Positions 56,985 through 64,000 of a stretch of 64,000 nt of DNA are shown here, in pieces. The position numbers were made by a program, and so were the translations under genes. Below the pieces are notes generated by a model that searched no databases, was not told the DNA's origin, and was given only the letters and a program-made list of their open reading frames with translations. The stretch lies in contig JBHGNT010000023.1 in NCBI GenBank assembly GCA_043228905.1, positions 186,001-250,000 of the forward strand, given 5' to 3'. Position 1 is the stretch's first letter; every line of letters starts with the position of its first letter. Source of the stretch: Azolla caroliniana. Lineage: Eukaryota; Plantae; Polypodiophyta.

Positions 56985-59900
56985 AATGTTCATAGCTGGC
57001 TAGTGTGATATCAGATTTTTATGTTCAAGCATGCGAATCGAAGCTAACAACACTAGATATGATATGCAATTTAAAAATCAATATTTTGAAACTCAGGTCG
57101 AGAGACATGAAGAAATTAGTAAATTAGGGGAGGGAGTTGATAAGAGCGCGTGAGTAAATTAAAATGTTCATACCTGGCTGGTGTGATCCCGGGATTTTGT
57201 GTTCAAACATGCGAATCGAAGCTAACAACACTAGCTATGATATGCAATTAAAAAATCAATATTTTGAAACTCAGGTCGAGAGACATGAAGAAATTAGTAA
57301 ATTAGAGGAGGGTGTTGACAAGAGCGCGTGCGTAAATTAAAATGTTCATACCGGGCTCGTGTGATCCCGGATTTTTGTGTTCAAAGATGCCAATCGAAGC
57401 TAACAACACTTGCTAGGATATGGAATTAAAAAATCAAGATTTTGAAACTCAGGTCGAGAGACATGAAAAAATTAGTAAATTAGAGGAGAGTGTTGACAAG
57501 AGCGCGTGAGTAAATTAAAATGTTCATACCTGGCTCGTGTGATATCGGATTTTAGTGTTCAAAGATGCGAATCGAAGCTAACAACACTACGTATGATATG
57601 GAATTAAAAAATCAAGATTTTGAAACTCAGGTGGAGAGACATGAAGAAATTAGTAAATTAGGGGAGGGAGTTGATAAGAGCGCGTGAGTAAATTAAAATT
57701 TTCATACCTGGCTCGTGTGAACCCGGATTTTGGTGTTCAAAGATGCGAATCGAAGCTAACAACACTAGCTATGATATGAAATTAAAAAATCAAGATTTTC
57801 AAGCTCAGGTCGAGAGATATGAAGAAGTTAGTAAATTAGAAGAGGGTGTTGACAAGAGCGCGTGAGTAAATTAAAATTTTCATACCTGGCTCGTGTGATC
57901 CCGGATTTTTGTGTTCAAAGATGCGAATCGAAGCTAACAACACTAGCTATGACATGGAATTAAAAAATCAAGATTTTGAAACTTGGGTCGAGAGACATGA
58001 AGAAATTAGTAAATTAGAGGAGGGAGCTAAGAAGAGCGCGTGAGTAAATTAAAATGTTCATAGCTGGCTCGTGTGATATCGGATTTTAGTGTTCAAACAT
58101 GCGAATCGAAGCTAACAAGACTAGCTAGGATATAGAATTAAAAAATCAAGATTTTGACACTCAGGTCGAGAGACATGAAGAAATTAGTAAATTAGGGGAG
58201 GGTGTTGACAAGAGCGCGTGAGTAAATTAAAATTTTCATACCTGGCTCGTGTGATCCCGGGATTTTGTGTTCAAACATGCGAATCGAACCTAACAACACT
58301 AGCTATGATATGCAATTAAAAAATCAATATTTTGAAACTCAGGTCGAGAGACATGAAGAAATTAGTAAATTAGAGGAGGGTGTTGACGAGAGCGCGTGAG
58401 TAAATTAAAATGTTCATACCTGGCTCGTGTGATATCGGATTTTTGTGTTCAGAGATGCCAATCGAAGCTCACAACACTAGCTTTAATATGGAATTAAAAA
58501 ATCAAGATTTTGAAACTTAGGTTGAGAGATATGAAGAAATTAGTAAATTAGCGGAGGGAGTTGACAAGACCGCGTGAGTAAATTAAAATGTTCATACCTG
58601 GCTCGTGTGATATCGGATTTTAGTGTTCAGAGATGCGAATCGAAGCTAACAACACTACGTATGATATGGAATTAAAAAATCAAGATTTTAGAACTTAGGT
58701 CGAGAGACATGAAGAAATTAGTAAATTACAGGAGGGAGTTGAGAAGAGCGAGTGAGTAAATTAAAATGTTCATAGCTGGCTCGTGTGATCCCCGATTTTT
58801 GTTTTCAAAGATGCCAATCGAACCTAACAACACTAGCTATGATATGGAATTAAAAAATCAAGATTTTGAAACTCAGGTTGAGAGACATGAAGAAATTAGT
58901 AAATTAGAGGAGGGAGTTGAGAAGAGCGCGTGAGTAAATTAAAATGTTCATAGCTGGATCGTGTGATATTGGATTTTTGTGTTCAAACATGCGAATCGAA
59001 GCTAACAACACTAGCTAGGATATGGAATTAAAAAATCAAGATTTTGAAACTTGGGTCGAGAGACATGAAGAAATTAGTAAATTAGAGGAGGGCGTTGAGA
59101 AGAGCGTGTGAGTAAATTAAAATGATCATAGCTGGCTCGTGTTATATCGGATTTAAGTGTTCAAATATGCGAATCGAAGCTAACAACACTAGCTATGATA
59201 TGGACCTAAAAAATCAATATTTTGAAACTCAGGTCGAGAGACATGAAGAAATTAGTAAATTAGAGGAGGGTGTTGACAATAGCGCGTGAGTAATTTAAAA
59301 TGTTCATAGCTGGCTAGTGTGATATCGGATTTTTGTGTTCAAGCATGCAAATCGAAGCTAACAACACTAGCTAGGATATGGAATTAAAAAATCAAGATTT
59401 TGAAACTCAGGTCGAGAGATATGAAGAAATTAGTAAATTAGAGAAGGGAGTTGACAAGATCGCGTGAGTAAATTAAAATGTTCATAGCTGGATCGTGTGA
59501 TATCGGATTTTAGTCTTCAAACATGCGAATCGAAGCTAACAACACTAGCTAGGATATGGAATTAAAAAATCAAGATTTTGAAACTTGGGTCGAGAGACAT
59601 GAAGAAATTAATAAATTAGAGGAGGGTGTTGACGAGAGCGCGTGAGTAAATTAAAATGTTCATAGCTGGCTCGTGTGATCCCGGATTTTTGTTTTCAAAC
59701 ATGCGAATCGAAGCTAACAACACTAGCTAGGATATGGAGTTAAAAAATCAAGATTTTGAAACTCAGGTCGAGAGACATGAAGAAATTAGTAAATTAGGGG
59801 AGGGCGTTGACAAGAGGGCGTGAGTAAATGAAAATGTTCATACCTGGCTCGTGTGATCCCGGATTTTTGTGTTGAAAGATGCGAATCGAAGCTAACAACA

Positions 59901-62900
59901 CTAGCTATAAGATGGAATTAAAAAATCGAGCTTTTGAAACTCAGGTCGAGAGACATGAAGAAATTAGTAAATTAGAGGAGGGAGTTGAGAAGAGCGCGTG
60001 AGTAAATTAAAATGTTCATAGCTGGCTCGTGTGATATCGGATTTTTGTGTTGAAACATGCGAATCGAAGCAAACAACACTAGCTATGATATGGAATTAGA
60101 AAATCAAGATTTTGAAACTCAGGTCGAGAGACATGAAGAAATTAGTAAATTAGAGGAGGGAGTTGAGAAGAGCGCGTGAGTAAATTAAAATGTTCATAGC
60201 TGGCTCGTGTGATATCGAATTTTAGTGTTCAAACATGTGAATCGAAGCTAACAACACTAGCCAGGATATGGAATTAAAAAATCAAGATTTTGAAACTCAG
60301 GTCGAGAGACATGAAGAAATTAGTAAATTAGGGGAGGGAGTTGATAAGAGCGCGTGAGTAAATTAAAATGTTCATACCTGGCTGGTGTGATCCCGGGATT
60401 TTGTGTTCAAACATGCGAATCGAAGCTAACAACACTAGCTATGATATGCAATTAAAAAATCAATATTTTGAAACTCAGGTCGACAGACATGAAGAAATTA
60501 GTAAATTAGAGGAGGGTGTTGACAAGAGCGCGTGAGTAAATTAAAATGTTCATACCTGGCTCGTGTGATCCCGGATTTTTGTGTTCAAAGATGCCAATCG
60601 AAGCTAACAACACTTGCTAGGATATGGAATTAAAAAATCAAGATTTTGAAACTCAGGTCGAGAGACATGAAAAAATTAGTAAATTAGAGGAGGGTGTTGA
60701 CAAGAGGGCGTGAGTAAATTAAAATGTTCATAGGTGGCTCGTTTGATATCCGATTTTTGTGTTCAAACATGCGAATCGAAGCTAACAACAGTAGCTAGGA
60801 TATGGAATTAAAAAATCAAGATTTTGAAACTGAGGTCGAGAGATATAAAGAAATTAGTAAATTAGAGGAGGGCGTTGAGAAGAACGTGTCAGTAAATTAA
60901 AATGTTCATAGCTGGCTCGTGTGATATCGGATTTAAGTTTTCGAATATGCGAATCGAAGCTAACAACACTAGCTATGATATGGACCTAAAAAATCAATAT
61001 TTTGAAACTCAGGTCGAGAGACATGAAGAAATTAGTAAATTAGAGGAGGGTGTTGACAATAGCGCGTGAGTAAATTAAAATGTTCATAGCTGGCTAGTGT
61101 GATATCGGATTTTTGTGTTCAAGCATGCAAATCGAAGCTAACAACACTAGCTAGGATATGGAATTAAAAAATCAAGATTTTGAAACTCAGGTCGAGAGAT
61201 ATGAAGAAATTAGTAAATTAGAGAAGGGAGTTGACAAGATCGCGTGAGTAAATTAAAATGTTCATAGCTGGATCGTGTGATATCGGATTTTAGTGTTCAA
61301 ACATGCGAATCGAAGCTAACAACACTAGCTAGGATATGGAATTAAAAAATCAAGATTTTGAAACTTGGGTCGAGAGACATGAAGAAATTAATAAATTAGA
61401 GGAGGGTGTTGACGAGAGCGCGTGAGTAATTTAAAATATTCATAGCTGGCTCGTGTGATCCCGGATTTTTGTTTTCAAACATGCGAATCGAAGCTAACAA
61501 CACTAGCTAGGATATGGAATTAAAAAATCAAGATTTTGAAACTTGGGTCGAGAGACATGAAGAAATTAATAAATTAGAGGAGGGTGTTGACGAGAGCGGG
61601 TGAGTAAATTAAAATATTCATAGCTGTCTCGTGTGATCCCGGATTTTTGTTTTCAAACATGCGAATCGAAGCTAACAACACTAGCTACGATATGGAGTTA
61701 AAAAATCAAGATTTTGAAACTCAGGTCGAGAGACATGAAGAAATTAGTAAATTAGGGGAGGGAGTTGACAAGAGGGCGTGAGTAAATTAAAATGTTCATA
61801 GGTGGCTCGTTTGATATCCGATTTTTGTGTTCGAACATGCGAATCGAAGCTAACAACAGTAGCTAGGATATGGAATTAAAAAATCAAGATTTTGAAACTG
61901 AGGTCGAGAGATATAAAGAAATTAGTAAATTAGAGGAGGGAGTTGAGAAGAGCGCGTGAGTAAATTAAAATGTTCATAGCTGGATCGTGTGATATTGGAT
62001 TTTTGTGTTCAAACATGCGAATCGAAGCTAACAACACTAGCTAGGATATGGAATTAAAAAATCAAGATTTTGAAACTTGGGTCGAGAGACATGAAGAAAT
62101 TAGTAAATTAGAGGAGGGCGTTGAGAAGAGCGTGTGAGTAAATTAAAATGATCATAGCTGGCTCGTGTTATATCGGATTTAAGTGTTCAAATATGCGAAT
62201 CGAAGCTAACAACACTAGCTATGATATGGACCTAAAAAATTAATATTTTGAAACTCAGGTCGAGAGACATGAAGAAATTAGTAAATTAGAGGAGGGTGTT
62301 GACAATAGCGCGTGAGTAAATTAAAATGTTCATAGCTGGCTAGTGTGATATCGGATTTTTGTGTTCAAGCATGCATATCGAAGCTAACAACACTAGCTAG
62401 GATATGGAATTAAAAAATCAAGATTTTGAAACTCAGGTCGAGAGATATGAAGAAATTAGTAAATTAGAGAAGGGAGTTGACAAGATCGCGTGAGTAAATT
62501 AAAATGTTCATAGCTGGATCGTGTGATATCGGATTTTAGTGTTCAAACATGCGAATCGAAGCTAACAACACTAGCTAGGATATGGAATTAAAAAATCAAG
62601 ATTTTGAAACTTGGGTCGAGAGACATGAAGAAATTAATAAATTAGAGGAGGGTGTTGACGAGAGCGCGTGAGTAAATTAAAATGTTCATAGCTGGCTCGT
62701 GTGATCCCGGATTTTTGTTTTCAAACATGCGAATCGAAGCTAACAACACTAGCTAGGATATGGAGTTAAAAAATCAAGATTTTGAAACTCAGGTCGAGAG
62801 ACATGAAGAAATTAGTAAATTAGGGGAGGGCGTTGACAAGAGGGCGTGAGTAAATGAAAATGTTCATACCTGGCTCGTGTGATCCCGGATTTTTGTGTTC

Positions 62901-64000
62901 AAAGATCCGAATCGAAGCTAACAACACTAGCTATAAGATGGAATTAAAAAATCGAGCTTTTGAAACTCAGGTCGAGAGACATGAAGAAATTAGTAAATTA
63001 GAGGAGGGAGTTGAGAAGAGCGCGTGAGTAAATTAAAATGTTCATAGCTGGCTCGTGTGATATCGGATTTTTGTGTTGAAACATGCGAATCGAAGCAAAC
63101 AACACTAGCTATGATATGGAATTAGAAAATCAAGATTTTGAAACTCAGGTCGAGAGACATGAAGAATTTAGTAAATTAGAGGAGGGAGTTGAGAAGAGCG
63201 CGTGAGTAAATTAAAATGTTCATAGCTGGCTCGTGTGATATCGAATTTTAGTGTTCAAACATGTGAATCGAAGCTAACAACACTAGCCAGGATATGGAAT
63301 TAAAAAATCAAGATTTTGAAACTCAGGTCGAGAGACATGAAGAAATTAGTAAATTAGGGGAGGGAGTTGATAAGAGCGCGTGAGTAAATTAAAATGTTCA
63401 TACCTGGCTGGTGTGATCCCGGGATTTTGTGTTCAAACATGCGAATCGAAGCTAACAACACTAGCTATGATATGCAATTAAAAAATCAATATTTTGAAAC
63501 TCAGGTCGACAGACATGAAGAAATTAGTAAATTAGAGGAGGGTGTTGACAAGAGCGCGTGAGTAAATTAAAATGTTCATACCTGGCTCGTGTGATCCCGG
63601 ATTTTTGTGTTCAAAGATGCCAATCGAAGCTAACAACACTTGCTAGGATATGGAATTAAAAAATCAAGATTTTGAAACTCAGGTCGAGAGACATGAAAAA
63701 ATTAGTAAATTAGAGGAGGGCGTTGAGAAGAGCGTGTGAGTAAATTAAAATGTTCATAGCTGGCTCGTGTTATATCGGATTTAAGTGTTCAAATATGCGA
63801 ATCGAAGCTAACAACACTAGCTATGATATGGACCTAAAAAATTAATATTTTGAAACTCAGGTCGAGAGACATGAAGAAATTAGTAAATTAGAGGAGGGTG
63901 TTGACAATAGCGCGTGAGTAAATTAAAATGTTCATAGCTGGCTAGTGTGATATCGGATTTTTGTGTTCAAGCATGCATATCGAAGCTAACAACACTAGCT
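56985..64000 (+). repeat. 178-bp satellite tandem array, subfamily B (right of the insertion, runs off the window)
   Basis: Same B-diagnostic motifs and period; frequent CATAGCTGG variant. Confidence 0.96.
58900..63720 (+). repeat. Block duplication at 17-monomer offset (3026 bp)
   Basis: AATGATCATAG at ~59121 and ~62147, AAATCGAGCTTTTG at ~59924 and ~62950, plus GAAGCAAACAAC and CTAGCCAGG, all recur at offset 3026. Confidence 0.87.

Noticed and set aside
1-64000. CRISPR-like or cassette array
   Set aside because: The whole 178-bp unit is repeated; there are no unique spacers and no cas or integrase genes.
1-64000. Identity with Arabidopsis CEN178, Brassica CentBr or primate alpha satellite
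   Set aside because: Similar length only; the sequence does not resemble those consensus sequences as I recall them. A database search is needed to name the family.
1-64000. 5S rDNA, tRNA or snRNA tandem array
   Set aside because: No recognisable 5S coding region, tRNA cloverleaf or snRNA motif in the monomer.
1-64000. Strand inversions within the array
   Set aside because: No reverse-oriented monomers were seen; both subfamilies run in the same direction.

Overview
The window is almost entirely one head-to-tail tandem array of a 178-bp AT-rich satellite (about 355 monomers, all in one orientation). It looks like eukaryotic, probably plant, centromeric or pericentromeric DNA; I cannot name the species or satellite family from sequence alone. 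There are two sharply separated subfamilies: A (1 to ~35103, very homogeneous, with 12-16-mer higher-order repeats and multi-kb duplications) and B (~35104-64000, more divergent). They meet at a 20-bp deletion. The only non-satellite DNA is a 633-bp insertion (56347-56979) with TGTTAG...CTAATA ends and a perfect 5-bp ATTAA target-site duplication, best read as a solo LTR. It contains a series of hairpins, and empty-site copies of its target monomer occur downstream. I found no credible protein-coding gene, RNA gene or CRISPR array, and no new protein-based system; the interesting signal is structural and evolutionary. All offsets were counted by hand.
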